From the IMG/VR virus record IMGVR_UViG_3300030117_006365, positions 1 to 53,626 of that record: a DNA stretch of 53,626 nucleotides; one strand, written 5' to 3'. Under the pieces are notes generated by a model that saw only the letters and a program-made list of their open reading frames with translations, had not been told where the DNA came from and did not search any database. Origin of the DNA: a virus. Taxonomy: Duplodnaviria > Caudoviricetes. This document shows positions 1-8,869 of the stretch, piece after piece (position 1 is the stretch's first letter; every line of letters starts with the position of its first letter). Made by a program: the position numbers and the translations under genes.

Positions 1-88
1 GGCCGGGGGCGGTAGTGGGGCCCGGGTGGGGGATTGGACTTTTGGGGGGAGGGGGGTAGGGTAGAAGAGAAGCGCAATACTCTACCCC
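1..88 (+). other. G-rich tract with G-quadruplex potential and an adjacent hairpin
   Basis: Runs of 3-6 G at 5-9, 17-20, 24-26, 28-32, 44-49, 51-56 and 59-61 in an otherwise AT-rich sequence; GGGTAGA (59-65) is complementary to TCTACCC (81-87). Confidence 0.55.
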
Positions 89-143
89 AATATTTGTAAT
101 ACGGGAGAAGTACGGGTACTTATAGTAAATGTACACTTCTATA

Positions 144-160
144 TGTAATTATCTACAATA
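144..160 (+). promoter_or_regulatory. Copy of recurrent intergenic motif TGTAAyTAT (candidate late promoter)
   Basis: TGTAATTATCTACAATA upstream of ORF 208; similar strings at 5585, 18443, 31000 and 46455. Confidence 0.35.
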
Positions 161-207
161 TGGAAAAACGACATAGTGTCGTATACAACAACTAAAAATT
201 AAAACGA

Positions 208-675
208 ATGTCAACATATATAAAACCCACATTAACAGTTGTTTCGAATGCTAATTCAGCTGCTAACGATAAAGGACCATTGAGTATAGCTTTAGCTTTA
301 ACAGCTAAACCTCTTAATAATAGAATAGGAATAGCACACGTTAAGTCTGGTATAATAACACCAACTACAGCGGCTACTGAGTTATTTCAAGATATAACAT
401 TAGCAGGTGACGCAGCAGGTACTAATGGTGCTTTTATATACTTAAAAAATACTAGCGCTGCTGATCACGATATTTATATTGGTGCTAAAGCATCAGGTAG
501 TGAAGGAGCTGGTGCTACGGAACTAGAAGGAGATGGTGATCCAGATAGATTAGGAACATTAAAACAAGGAGAATTTCTTTTTATGCCATATGATTATGCT
601 ATGGATATAACAGTAGATGCTGAGGACAACGCTGCTACTTTAGAGTGGTGGTTATTTTCAAGAACAACACCTTAA
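208..675 (+). CDS. Hypothetical virion-associated protein, paralog of 689..1243
   Basis: 155 aa; shares the Y(L/V)YLKNT motif and the C-terminal LKxxE.x.FxPxDY..DI.V....LEWWLF pattern with the next ORF. Confidence 0.7.
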   Translation: MSTYIKPTLTVVSNANSAANDKGPLSIALALTAKPLNNRIGIAHVKSGIITPTTAATELFQDITLAGDAAGTNGAFIYLKNTSAADHDIYIGAKASGSEGAGATELEGDGDPDRLGTLKQGEFLFMPYDYAMDITVDAEDNAATLEWWLFSRTTP

Positions 676-688
676 TAAAGAATAAAAT

Positions 689-1243
689 ATGGCAACAATA
701 ACACCAAAATTTAACTTAACATCGACAGCAGCTACAGGACCATCATCTGTAGCACTAACGTTATCAAACTCTAATACGTATACATGTGATAACTTTTTAC
801 AAGGCATGCATACATGTATTGAGTCAGATGGTAGTAATGATCCTCAGAAATTATTTGATGGTTCATATTACGCTGAATTATGGGCATCGGCAGCAACTAA
901 TGGAACTGGTTACACAGCGGGTACTGTTGGAGGGTATGTATATTTAAAGAATACAGCTTTAACTTCAGCAACAACAGAATTGATTGTTGTAGGTATAATG
1001 CCAGCTTCCACTGAAGCGGATGACGCTTCAATAACATTCACAAGAGATATAGTAGCACCTCATAGCAGCGAAGAAGCAGCTGAAAATGGTTTAGGGTTAG
1101 CAACTGGTGATTCAGCTAGAACGTTTACACTAAAACCGCAAGAGTGGACTTGGTTCCCTTGGGATTATAACAGTGATATATATGTTGAATCATTAAATGC
1201 AAATTCACCAGTATTAGAGTGGTGGTTATTCGATAGAGCATAA
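689..1243 (+). CDS. Hypothetical virion-associated protein, paralog of 208..675
   Basis: 184 aa; GYVYLKNT and LKPQEWTWFPWDYNSDIYVESLNANSPVLEWWLF align with the preceding ORF. Confidence 0.7.
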   Translation: MATITPKFNLTSTAATGPSSVALTLSNSNTYTCDNFLQGMHTCIESDGSNDPQKLFDGSYYAELWASAATNGTGYTAGTVGGYVYLKNTALTSATTELIVVGIMPASTEADDASITFTRDIVAPHSSEEAAENGLGLATGDSARTFTLKPQEWTWFPWDYNSDIYVESLNANSPVLEWWLFDRA

Positions 1244-1247
1244 TAAT

Positions 1248-2594
1248 ATGGGGTTTAAATTAAAATCAGGAAATAAACCAGAACTATCTGGAGGTGTACT
1301 AGCACCTAAAGTAGATGTAACTGTTGTACAGGTAACTACTGCTACACCTATAGTAGAAGGAGAATCTCCATCACCCCTACAAGATCATACACACGCGCAC
1401 AGAGTGAGGCAGGCTAACAGGAAGTATAAAAAGAACATAAAAAAGATAAACAAAGATTTTGCTGAAAAATACTCTAACAACGATAGCGATAATGAGAAAA
1501 TGTCTAGCGCGGAGGATATCGACGCAATAAGAGAGATAAATCAATCATATGCCCCTAAAACACCAGGTGCGTCTCTAGGATTACGTCAAAGACCAGAAGG
1601 TGATTCTGCTTTTGCTAAAACAGCTCCATTAAAACAAGGTGTTGATGCGGGAGAAGGGTATATGCCTGAAGGCGAAGCTGGACCAAGGAATTACAAAGCG
1701 CAACTCGGTGGACCTTATTTAAAAGCGTCTCCTTATAAAGAAGAAGATGACGATGACGATGATAGTAATGAGCCAGATCCGCCAGCGGAACCAGATCCAC
1801 CTGCTGAACCAGATCCACCAGCAGAACCGGATCCAGATCCGGGAGGGGGAGAACCTGGAGAGCAAGAACCATTACCTCCAGGTATAGGTGCTCCACCCGC
1901 AGAAGATGATAAAACTGCTGGACCAGCACAACAAACACCAGAGGAGAAGGCAGATGCGGAAGCTAAAGAACAAGCTGACAGAGCTGAAAGAGAGGCATAT
2001 GTTGATAACTACATGGAGGAGCAATTAGGTATAACACCTGATGAAATTTCTGAAATGAAAGATACTACAGCTGCTAAAGAAGCTAATATGACTGAAACAG
2101 AAAAGATAGAGGAATCTGTGAAATCTGATTCAGAGAAAATGGAAGAAGCTAATCAAGAAAGAATAGAAAAAGAAGCTAAAGAAGCTCAGGAGACAGCTAT
2201 GCCGACTATGCCAATGCCTGGCTCAGAGGATGGTGCAGCTATTGGTACAGCTAGTGGACCATTGACACCTCAACAACAAGCACAGTCAGAAGCAATAAAA
2301 CAACAACAAATTGCTCAGGAAAATAAAGGTGTAACAGATACGCTTAAAAAAACTAGAGACACTGCAGCAAAACAACCTGTTAAAAAACTTATAAAAACTG
2401 GACTTAAAAAAGGATTATTAAAGGCTGGTTTAAAAACAGGTGCAAGATTTATACCAGGCGTAGGACAAATATTAATGGCGAGAGATGCTATTAAATTAGG
2501 TGTTTACGCTTATAAAAATAGAGATGAAATAGCTGGTTGGGCGATGAGACAAAAGAGTAATATGAAGAACAAGCTAAACGAATGGATGGGATAA
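1248..2594 (+). CDS. Low-complexity protein of the MxFK-leader/SP[FLY]K family (putative internal virion protein)
   Basis: 448 aa; MGFKLKSGNKP start, SPLQ/APLK/SPYK motifs, EPDPPA repeats, acidic middle, cationic amphipathic C-terminus. Confidence 0.7.
   Translation: MGFKLKSGNKPELSGGVLAPKVDVTVVQVTTATPIVEGESPSPLQDHTHAHRVRQANRKYKKNIKKINKDFAEKYSNNDSDNEKMSSAEDIDAIREINQSYAPKTPGASLGLRQRPEGDSAFAKTAPLKQGVDAGEGYMPEGEAGPRNYKAQLGGPYLKASPYKEEDDDDDDSNEPDPPAEPDPPAEPDPPAEPDPDPGGGEPGEQEPLPPGIGAPPAEDDKTAGPAQQTPEEKADAEAKEQADRAEREAYVDNYMEEQLGITPDEISEMKDTTAAKEANMTETEKIEESVKSDSEKMEEANQERIEKEAKEAQETAMPTMPMPGSEDGAAIGTASGPLTPQQQAQSEAIKQQQIAQENKGVTDTLKKTRDTAAKQPVKKLIKTGLKKGLLKAGLKTGARFIPGVGQILMARDAIKLGVYAYKNRDEIAGWAMRQKSNMKNKLNEWMG
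1770..1841 (+). repeat. In-frame 18-nt tandem repeat (EPDPPA x3 plus one degenerate unit)
   Basis: gagccagatccgccagcg / gaaccagatccacctgct / gaaccagatccaccagca / gaaccggatccagatccg, varying mainly at synonymous positions. Confidence 0.9.
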
Positions 2595-2636
2595 ACCCAA
2601 ACCAATTAATTAATAACCAATAAAACAAAAACCAAT

Positions 2637-2930
2637 ATGACTTATTTTTATTATAGGAGTACTACGCGTACTTCTGAACCAAATGTATCAGAAAAAACAA
2701 TTTCAGAATGGAAGCATTTATCTGATAAAAAGAACTGGAGAATTACACAACTACCAAATGGATATTACCAAACAGAGGTAAGTGATCCTGACAACGAAGA
2801 CAAATGGGTTGATGTAACTAGAAGAGAGACGTTAGAGGGAGCTGAACAAGCTATAGAAAGCAGCATTGAGCATTTCTCTAAAAAATTAGAATATATTAAA
2901 GGACCAAAAGTAGTTAAAACTTTTAAGTAA
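2637..2930 (+). CDS. Hypothetical protein
   Basis: 97 aa with A-rich leader; stop overlaps the next start (TAATG). Confidence 0.75.
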   Translation: MTYFYYRSTTRTSEPNVSEKTISEWKHLSDKKNWRITQLPNGYYQTEVSDPDNEDKWVDVTRRETLEGAEQAIESSIEHFSKKLEYIKGPKVVKTFK

Positions 2931-3697
2931 TGGGATTTAAACTAGGGAGTGAAAGACGGAAAATGAATATACCTAACGGTAAAACACCTATTGTTAGAAA
3001 AAATCTAGCACCCGGTGTTCATGCTGAAGCTAATAATGATGGGTCAATATTTGTTGATAAAAAAATACCTGTTAATAGCAATAGGTTTAAGAAGTCTATA
3101 GCTCACGAGTTGCAACACATAAAGGATATAGATTCTGGTAAAGCTGACTACGGTGACGAATGGGTTGAGTGGGAAGGTAATATATATATCAGAAAAACTA
3201 TTGATGGTAAAAAGTTTATAGATGGCCCAGCGGGTAGATTACCTGAGGGCCATCCAAACCATCCTTGGGAAAAATCAGCTATAGATGCAGAGAGAAAAAA
3301 CGTAAATGTTACCATGGGTGATGGAGGGTTAGAAGCTGGATACGGAGAAGATGGTGAATCACCTTTGAAGTTTTGGAAAAAATTAAAGAAAGCTGCTAAA
3401 TTTGCTGTTCAGAATAATCCTATATCTATGGCTACAAGAGCTATAAAAGGAGATGATGTAATAAGAACAGACGCATTAACTGGAGGTAAAGGTGCTGAAG
3501 GTGAAGTTGCTGAAGAAGGAGGTGATCCACGTGATGGAGACGCTAGAGCTGCGGCTAAAAAGAAGCATGAAGAGATGAGAAATAAACTTTTTGGTGGTGG
3601 CATAGGTGGATTATTTGGCGCTGGATTTGCTTTTCAAAAAATGAAACAAAGAGCAGCAGAAAACGATGGAGACCATGGTGCTGGTGAAATGGTTTAA
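2930..3697 (+). CDS. Putative zincin-like metallopeptidase with MGFKL leader and SPLK-delimited C-terminal extension
   Basis: HELQH (HExxH) at 3104-3118, downstream HPWE as a likely third-ligand region; ESPLK at 3356-3370 followed by FWKKLKKAAKF. Confidence 0.65.
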   Translation: MGFKLGSERRKMNIPNGKTPIVRKNLAPGVHAEANNDGSIFVDKKIPVNSNRFKKSIAHELQHIKDIDSGKADYGDEWVEWEGNIYIRKTIDGKKFIDGPAGRLPEGHPNHPWEKSAIDAERKNVNVTMGDGGLEAGYGEDGESPLKFWKKLKKAAKFAVQNNPISMATRAIKGDDVIRTDALTGGKGAEGEVAEEGGDPRDGDARAAAKKKHEEMRNKLFGGGIGGLFGAGFAFQKMKQRAAENDGDHGAGEMV

Positions 3698-3752
3698 ATA
3701 CACTACATAATAGGTGATAATACCTATAACAATTTAATTAAATAAAATACAT

Positions 3753-5321
3753 ATGGAATATAATTTACCAAGTGAATTGGTGAAGAACCTCGATTTTGGA
3801 GGTGAAGCCAAAGAGAAGGTTATAACAGGAGTAAACAAATTAGCTCGAGCCGTTAAATCTACATTAGGTGCGTCAGGGAGATGTGTCGTGTATGAGGATG
3901 CGAGGGGCAAACCGGTCATTACAAAAGATGGAGTAACCGTAGCAGAAAGCGTAGTCTTGTATGATCCGGTTGAGAACATGGGTGCAACCTTAATAAAGGA
4001 AGCAGCTATGAACACGGTTAAAGAAGCTGGAGATGGTACTACTACAGCCACAGTGCTAGCAGAAGCACTAATCAAACAAATAGACGCTGCGATCGCAGAT
4101 GGTCTTACAATCAGAGAAATTAAAGATGGAGTAAACGAAACACTGGATAGTGTCATTAGCTATTTAAATAATATAGCTACAGACGTCGAAGGTGACATGC
4201 TTAAATCTATAAGTTCTATATCTTGTAATAATGATAAAGAACTTGGATCCATAATAGCTGAGGCATATGATAAGGTTGGGAAGAATGGAGTTGTGTTAAT
4301 GGAGACTAGTGATTCAGAAGACACTTATGTTGATATTGTTGATGGTGTTCAGATTGATTGTGGACTAACATCACCTCATTTCGTTACTAATACTGATAAA
4401 CATTTATGTGAATTAGATAAACCTTTAATACTAACTGTTTCGTCTGAAATACCTAATATTAGAAAAATACAATCTATATTGGAATACGTTATTAAAAACA
4501 ACCGATCTTTACTAATAATAGCTCAAGTAGCACAGTCGGTAAAGTCGGCGCTCATGATGAATAAAGTTAAAGGTAATATTAAAGTTAATATAATTGACAC
4601 ACCTGGATTTGGACCAACTAGAGTAGATGCAATAGAGGATATAGCTATATTAACTGGAGCAACAGTACTTAATGAAGAATTAGGTGATGATTTAGATCTC
4701 ATGAAGCCAGAACATTTAGGTGAAGCTGAATTTTCTGTAACCGATGATAACAACACGGTCTTGACATTGAGTGGAATGACAGATGACATAGAAAATAGAA
4801 TAGATGATTTAAACAAAAAGTTAGCTGAATGTAAGAATGGTTTTATAAAAAAGAAATTAGAGCAGCGTCTTGCAACGTTGTCGGGTAGTGTTGGTATTAT
4901 TAAGGTTGGTGCTAATTCTAAGGTTGAGTTAAAGGAAAAGAAGGATAGAGTAGAAGATGCGATTCATGCTACAAAAGCAGCATTAAAAGAAGGCATAGTA
5001 CCAGGTGGTGGAATAGCGTTGTTAAACGCATCTCAAAAAATTTCGACCGGACGAGCCGGTAAAGTATTACTAAACGCATTGTCTTCTCCATACGAAACTA
5101 TAATGGATAACGCTGGATTAATGATGAAGCCTAGTAATATGAAAGAGGGTTACGGATGTAATGTGGTTAATGGGACATTTCCTAATATGATTAAAGAAGG
5201 AATAATTGATCCAGTACTAGTAACTAAGTCTGCACTTAAGAATGCTGTGAGTGTAGCTTTAACTATTATGTCAGCAGATTGTGTAATTTCAAATATAAGA
5301 GTAGAAAATGCAAGCGATTAA
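3753..5321 (+). CDS. groEL: Phage chaperonin GroEL (Cpn60)
   Basis: 522 aa; ITKDGVTVA, AGDGTTTATVLA, PGFG, KEKKDRVEDA, EGIVPGGG and GIIDP motifs; no C-terminal GGM tail. Confidence 0.97.
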   Translation: MEYNLPSELVKNLDFGGEAKEKVITGVNKLARAVKSTLGASGRCVVYEDARGKPVITKDGVTVAESVVLYDPVENMGATLIKEAAMNTVKEAGDGTTTATVLAEALIKQIDAAIADGLTIREIKDGVNETLDSVISYLNNIATDVEGDMLKSISSISCNNDKELGSIIAEAYDKVGKNGVVLMETSDSEDTYVDIVDGVQIDCGLTSPHFVTNTDKHLCELDKPLILTVSSEIPNIRKIQSILEYVIKNNRSLLIIAQVAQSVKSALMMNKVKGNIKVNIIDTPGFGPTRVDAIEDIAILTGATVLNEELGDDLDLMKPEHLGEAEFSVTDDNNTVLTLSGMTDDIENRIDDLNKKLAECKNGFIKKKLEQRLATLSGSVGIIKVGANSKVELKEKKDRVEDAIHATKAALKEGIVPGGGIALLNASQKISTGRAGKVLLNALSSPYETIMDNAGLMMKPSNMKEGYGCNVVNGTFPNMIKEGIIDPVLVTKSALKNAVSVALTIMSADCVISNIRVENASD

Positions 5322-5565
5322 TGATTACGTTATAGTTGATATATTGAAAGATGGTCCAAAAAAAGTAGGAGGTCTTATATTAACAGATAACACAGATGAG
5401 ACAAATAGATATAAAAAAGCAAATATTATATCTGTTGGAAATATGGTTGAAGTTGTGAAAAAGGGCGATAGTATATATTATGACGCTATTGCTGGACATG
5501 ATATTGCTTATAATAATACTATGTACAGAGTTATACGCGCTAGAGATATAGTTATAGTAGAATAA
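5308..5565 (+). CDS. groES: Co-chaperonin GroES (Cpn10)
   Basis: 85 aa; D.VIV, KKVGGLIL mobile-loop region, IISVG, VKKGD, DIV pattern; overlaps the groEL 3' end. Confidence 0.85.
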   Translation: MQAINDYVIVDILKDGPKKVGGLILTDNTDETNRYKKANIISVGNMVEVVKKGDSIYYDAIAGHDIAYNNTMYRVIRARDIVIVE

Positions 5566-5584
5566 TTACTATTTCTAAAAAACA

Positions 5585-5600
5585 TGTAATATCTATTAAA
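5585..5600 (+). promoter_or_regulatory. Copy of recurrent intergenic motif (candidate late promoter)
   Basis: TGTAATATCTATTAAA in the 118-nt gap before ORF 5684. Confidence 0.35.
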
Positions 5601-5683
5601 AGAAGATTATACACAAACCTAATCCACAAACCTTAAACAATCAATCAGAATCAATTAATTAATAATCATTAAAAAAAGAAAAT

Positions 5684-6001
5684 ATGAAAAAATTATTATT
5701 TTTCCATGAAGATGCAGACGAAGGCGGATGTTATCCAGTGGATAAGTTTTTAGGAGCTAAAGTTTCCGGCATTAAACGGATAACTATGGCTTTTAAAAAA
5801 ATGGATGGTCAAAAACTAGCTGAGAATGCTACGGTGACAGCAGTAGAAGATCTAGATGGAGTAGCAATTAAAAGAGCTTTTCAAGTTCTAGCAAATAGTA
5901 TGGGCCCAACCGGTCCAAAAGCGGCTGTTAAAACCGTTATAGCAGATAAAATAAGTAATAACTACATTGGAGACGTTTTTAACGACGTTAACGCTGTTTA
6001 A
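5684..6001 (+). CDS. Hypothetical protein, first of three tandem paralogs
   Basis: 105 aa; LLFF...CYPVDKFLG pattern shared with the next two ORFs. Confidence 0.7.
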   Translation: MKKLLFFHEDADEGGCYPVDKFLGAKVSGIKRITMAFKKMDGQKLAENATVTAVEDLDGVAIKRAFQVLANSMGPTGPKAAVKTVIADKISNNYIGDVFNDVNAV

Positions 6002-6013
6002 AATATATAAATT

Positions 6014-6403
6014 ATGATACAAGAAAATTATTTATACTTCGCGAATAATGGTGAAAACGATGCAGATAAAGACGCTGCAATGTTCCCTGCCTCTGGTTGT
6101 TATGGTTTGGTTGCTGCAGGCTTTAGAGCAATGGAAATGGTTTTTGCTCCAATCGATGGAACAGAGACTGTTGGGGATAAAGTTACAATAACTTGCGGTG
6201 GTGAACCTTTAGTGGGAACTCACGCGACAGCTAAGCAAGCTGAAGCAGTCGTTGAACTAGTAAACAGCAATAGAGTTAATACAAATAATTTCACAGTAAT
6301 ATGTGATTTGAATACTAATAATCCAGCTAACGAAGGAGCTATCAGCAAGATTGGAATTGCTGATAAGTTTTCTCTTGCAAGCTGTGTAATAACAACAACT
6401 TAA
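6014..6403 (+). CDS. Hypothetical protein, second of three tandem paralogs
   Basis: 129 aa; ENYLYF...MFPASGCYG. Confidence 0.7.
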   Translation: MIQENYLYFANNGENDADKDAAMFPASGCYGLVAAGFRAMEMVFAPIDGTETVGDKVTITCGGEPLVGTHATAKQAEAVVELVNSNRVNTNNFTVICDLNTNNPANEGAISKIGIADKFSLASCVITTT

Positions 6404-6405
6404 TT

Positions 6406-7110
6406 ATGGAAAATTATTTATTTTTTAGAAAAATACGCCCGAAAGTGTTTAAGTATACTGTTACGGCAACAGATGTAAGTAACTGGGCAAACACCACTCA
6501 AGGTGGCGCAACAACCTATATTGATCCCAGTCCATTACTTGGTGCTGCTGACTTAAAGGCAAACGAGACAGCAAAGATAGAGATAAAATCAGCTGGTAGT
6601 AATAGTAATATTGGTAGTTCTTATGGATCAAGCGTTAGTGCTGGTGATGTAACAACACTCACACAATCTACGCTTTTCGCCACTCCTTCATCAAATAGAA
6701 TTACTTTTAAGGAAGCAAGTGGATCTGGATCTCCAGATACGACTTATGGTTACACTTGTATAGATGGTGATGAATTAACAATTTACTTTGGAGATGGACA
6801 AGAAAACTGGGTTGCTTATCCCGCTAGCAGGTTGCTTGGAGTATCTCTTGGCGGCGCCGATGCTAGTTCGGTGCATTTTAGATCATTAAAAGGAGGTGGT
6901 ACTGATGACGTAGTAGTTTTTAGGCATGAAGCTGGCAAATATCCACTTTTTTGCAAAATGATAAATGACGCTTGCAATTACAAAGCTGGAAAAGAGGGTA
7001 GTTTCGTTACTGTTTTTGATGGAGCAGGTGGTGAAAGTAAGTATCTAGGTTCTGAATATGCAGATTTAGGTATAGATAGAATTGATATTTCTCTTGAATC
7101 AGGATATTAA
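6406..7110 (+). CDS. Hypothetical protein, third paralog with a large internal insertion
   Basis: 234 aa; ENYLFF, then about 120 extra Ser/Thr/Gly-rich residues, then VAYPASRLLG...FVTVFD. Confidence 0.7.
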   Translation: MENYLFFRKIRPKVFKYTVTATDVSNWANTTQGGATTYIDPSPLLGAADLKANETAKIEIKSAGSNSNIGSSYGSSVSAGDVTTLTQSTLFATPSSNRITFKEASGSGSPDTTYGYTCIDGDELTIYFGDGQENWVAYPASRLLGVSLGGADASSVHFRSLKGGGTDDVVVFRHEAGKYPLFCKMINDACNYKAGKEGSFVTVFDGAGGESKYLGSEYADLGIDRIDISLESGY

Positions 7111-7550
7111 TGATATTAACTAGTCACGATCTTCGTGATTTACAAATCCTTAAGTATTACAGGCTCGTTAGAAAATGGGCCTGTAAAACTTATGGGTTGA
7201 CTGACGCAGACTTAGAACTTCTTATTTACTTAGATTGTAAAGGAAGATTCACGCGCCAAGAATTTATCGATGGTACTTATACCATGAGTTGGGATAAGAA
7301 CCGTTGGGAAAAATTAAGGAGGAATGGTTGGATAGAAACCTGGAGATATAGAAATAGAACAACCATCAAATACTCTGTATTCAAAACCTCCTTTAAGTGT
7401 TCACACTTAATAAGTAGAATTTATAGAATACTCTTAGGTGAAGAGGATATACCAACCTCTGAAAAGAGTGTTTTTTTTAATAACAAATCATACACCGATA
7501 AGGTAATGAATAAGTCTATCGATGATATGGTAAAAGATAATAAACGATGA
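7110..7550 (+). CDS. Basic protein, possible winged-helix DNA-binding protein
   Basis: 146 aa; YGLTDADLELLIYL...FTRQEF...LRRNGWIE resembles MarR-type wHTH spacing; coupled to both neighbours. Confidence 0.5.
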   Translation: MILTSHDLRDLQILKYYRLVRKWACKTYGLTDADLELLIYLDCKGRFTRQEFIDGTYTMSWDKNRWEKLRRNGWIETWRYRNRTTIKYSVFKTSFKCSHLISRIYRILLGEEDIPTSEKSVFFNNKSYTDKVMNKSIDDMVKDNKR

Positions 7551-7963
7551 TAGGAAAATTTATAGGTGGCTTATTCGGCAAAGTAGTTGAAAATGCAGAA
7601 GGTATACTTGACAAAGTTATTACAACAGACAAAGAAAGAGATGAAGCGAAACATGCTCTTAAGCGCTTACTACTCGATGCCGAAAAGCAAGCTTTCGCAA
7701 AGGAAGTTGAAGACAGAAAGAGCGCTAGAGATATGTACAAAGACGATGCACTTATTCAAAAAATACTTGCAACGTTATTTACAGCAGCGTACTTTGGATT
7801 AAGCTTCATGATGTTTAGGGTTTTTGTAATGCAAGATCTAGACCTTGGAGAATTTGAGATAAGTTTTATCTCTACAATATTTGGCGCAATGAGCGCAAAA
7901 GTTAATACGGTTGTCGATTTCTTTTTCGGCGGATCGTCAAAGAAAAATGAACAAACTAAATAA
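7547..7963 (+). CDS. Putative holin (GTA/3TM-holin-like)
   Basis: Amphipathic N-terminus, ILDKVITTDKERDEAK and EVEDRKSAR, two hydrophobic helices, FFFGGSSKK end. Confidence 0.65.
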   Translation: MIGKFIGGLFGKVVENAEGILDKVITTDKERDEAKHALKRLLLDAEKQAFAKEVEDRKSARDMYKDDALIQKILATLFTAAYFGLSFMMFRVFVMQDLDLGEFEISFISTIFGAMSAKVNTVVDFFFGGSSKKNEQTK

Positions 7964-7971
7964 TAAATAAA

Positions 7972-8835
7972 ATGGCAAGATATTACTCAACAGAAATAAT
8001 AAAACCTTATATTAATGGGGAAGACCAACACACACAGTTTACGATAGGGGATACCATATTTTCCTGGACTTCGTTCGAAATACCATCTGGTGCATGTAGG
8101 TTAATAGGAGTAGATGCGTGGGTTAAAAGTCAGGGAAATGCAGCTAAAACCACTAATGGTTACGGGATGGGAATTTATTTCGCTCATGATTTTTCATATA
8201 TAAAACAAGGAGTTGAAACACCTTGTGACAATCTATATGGTAACGAACTCATTGATCAACCCAATAGGGTTTTTGCCCCAACCGCTCCCATAGTGAATAA
8301 TATGATAGGTCAGGCAGCTATCGAATCAATAACCACCGCAAACAATGCTAACGGAAGAATGTGGACTCATCTTAGTGGTTGTGGTGCTAGTGGTACTTCC
8401 GTGGGTGCTCCTATACCGAGTTTAGTTTTCAATCCACCAGTAGATGTGGATTATCAATTGTCTAGTAGTGTTAGTAAAACGAGATATTGGATGCTTGGAG
8501 TTGCTGGTGGTAAAAGTACAGACACCTTGAAACTCACATCTGTTTTAAGTATTGCTGAAACTGGTACTGCTGGTCATGCTGCAACACAGGAGATAACAAC
8601 TGATGATGGTTCCGGTGGGACAACCGTTTCCCCTACACATCAGTTTGAAATAGGAGATAAGCTAGAGATTGGAACGTCAGTAGGAACCCCTGCTGCTGGA
8701 TCTGAACTTGGGACAGTACAAACCTTGAGTTCTAGTTCGATAACTCTAACAGCTCCATCTGCTATAGATCTAGTTGATGGTGATGTTATTTATTCGGTTA
8801 ATCCAATTAAAATAAGATTACACTTTGAATATTAA
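7972..8835 (+). CDS. Hypothetical beta-rich structural protein
   Basis: 287 aa, Gly/Thr/Ser-rich, ending NPIKIRLHFEY; located in the late gene cluster. Confidence 0.6.
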   Translation: MARYYSTEIIKPYINGEDQHTQFTIGDTIFSWTSFEIPSGACRLIGVDAWVKSQGNAAKTTNGYGMGIYFAHDFSYIKQGVETPCDNLYGNELIDQPNRVFAPTAPIVNNMIGQAAIESITTANNANGRMWTHLSGCGASGTSVGAPIPSLVFNPPVDVDYQLSSSVSKTRYWMLGVAGGKSTDTLKLTSVLSIAETGTAGHAATQEITTDDGSGGTTVSPTHQFEIGDKLEIGTSVGTPAAGSELGTVQTLSSSSITLTAPSAIDLVDGDVIYSVNPIKIRLHFEY

Positions 8836-8869
8836 TAAATAAAATTATAATTAAATAAAATTAAGTACA

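Noticed and set aside
3753-5565. groEL/groES as host chromosomal DNA (prophage flank or chimera)
   Set aside because: Reversed gene order, divergent sequence without GGM tail, same composition as neighbours, and phage-type genes on both sides.
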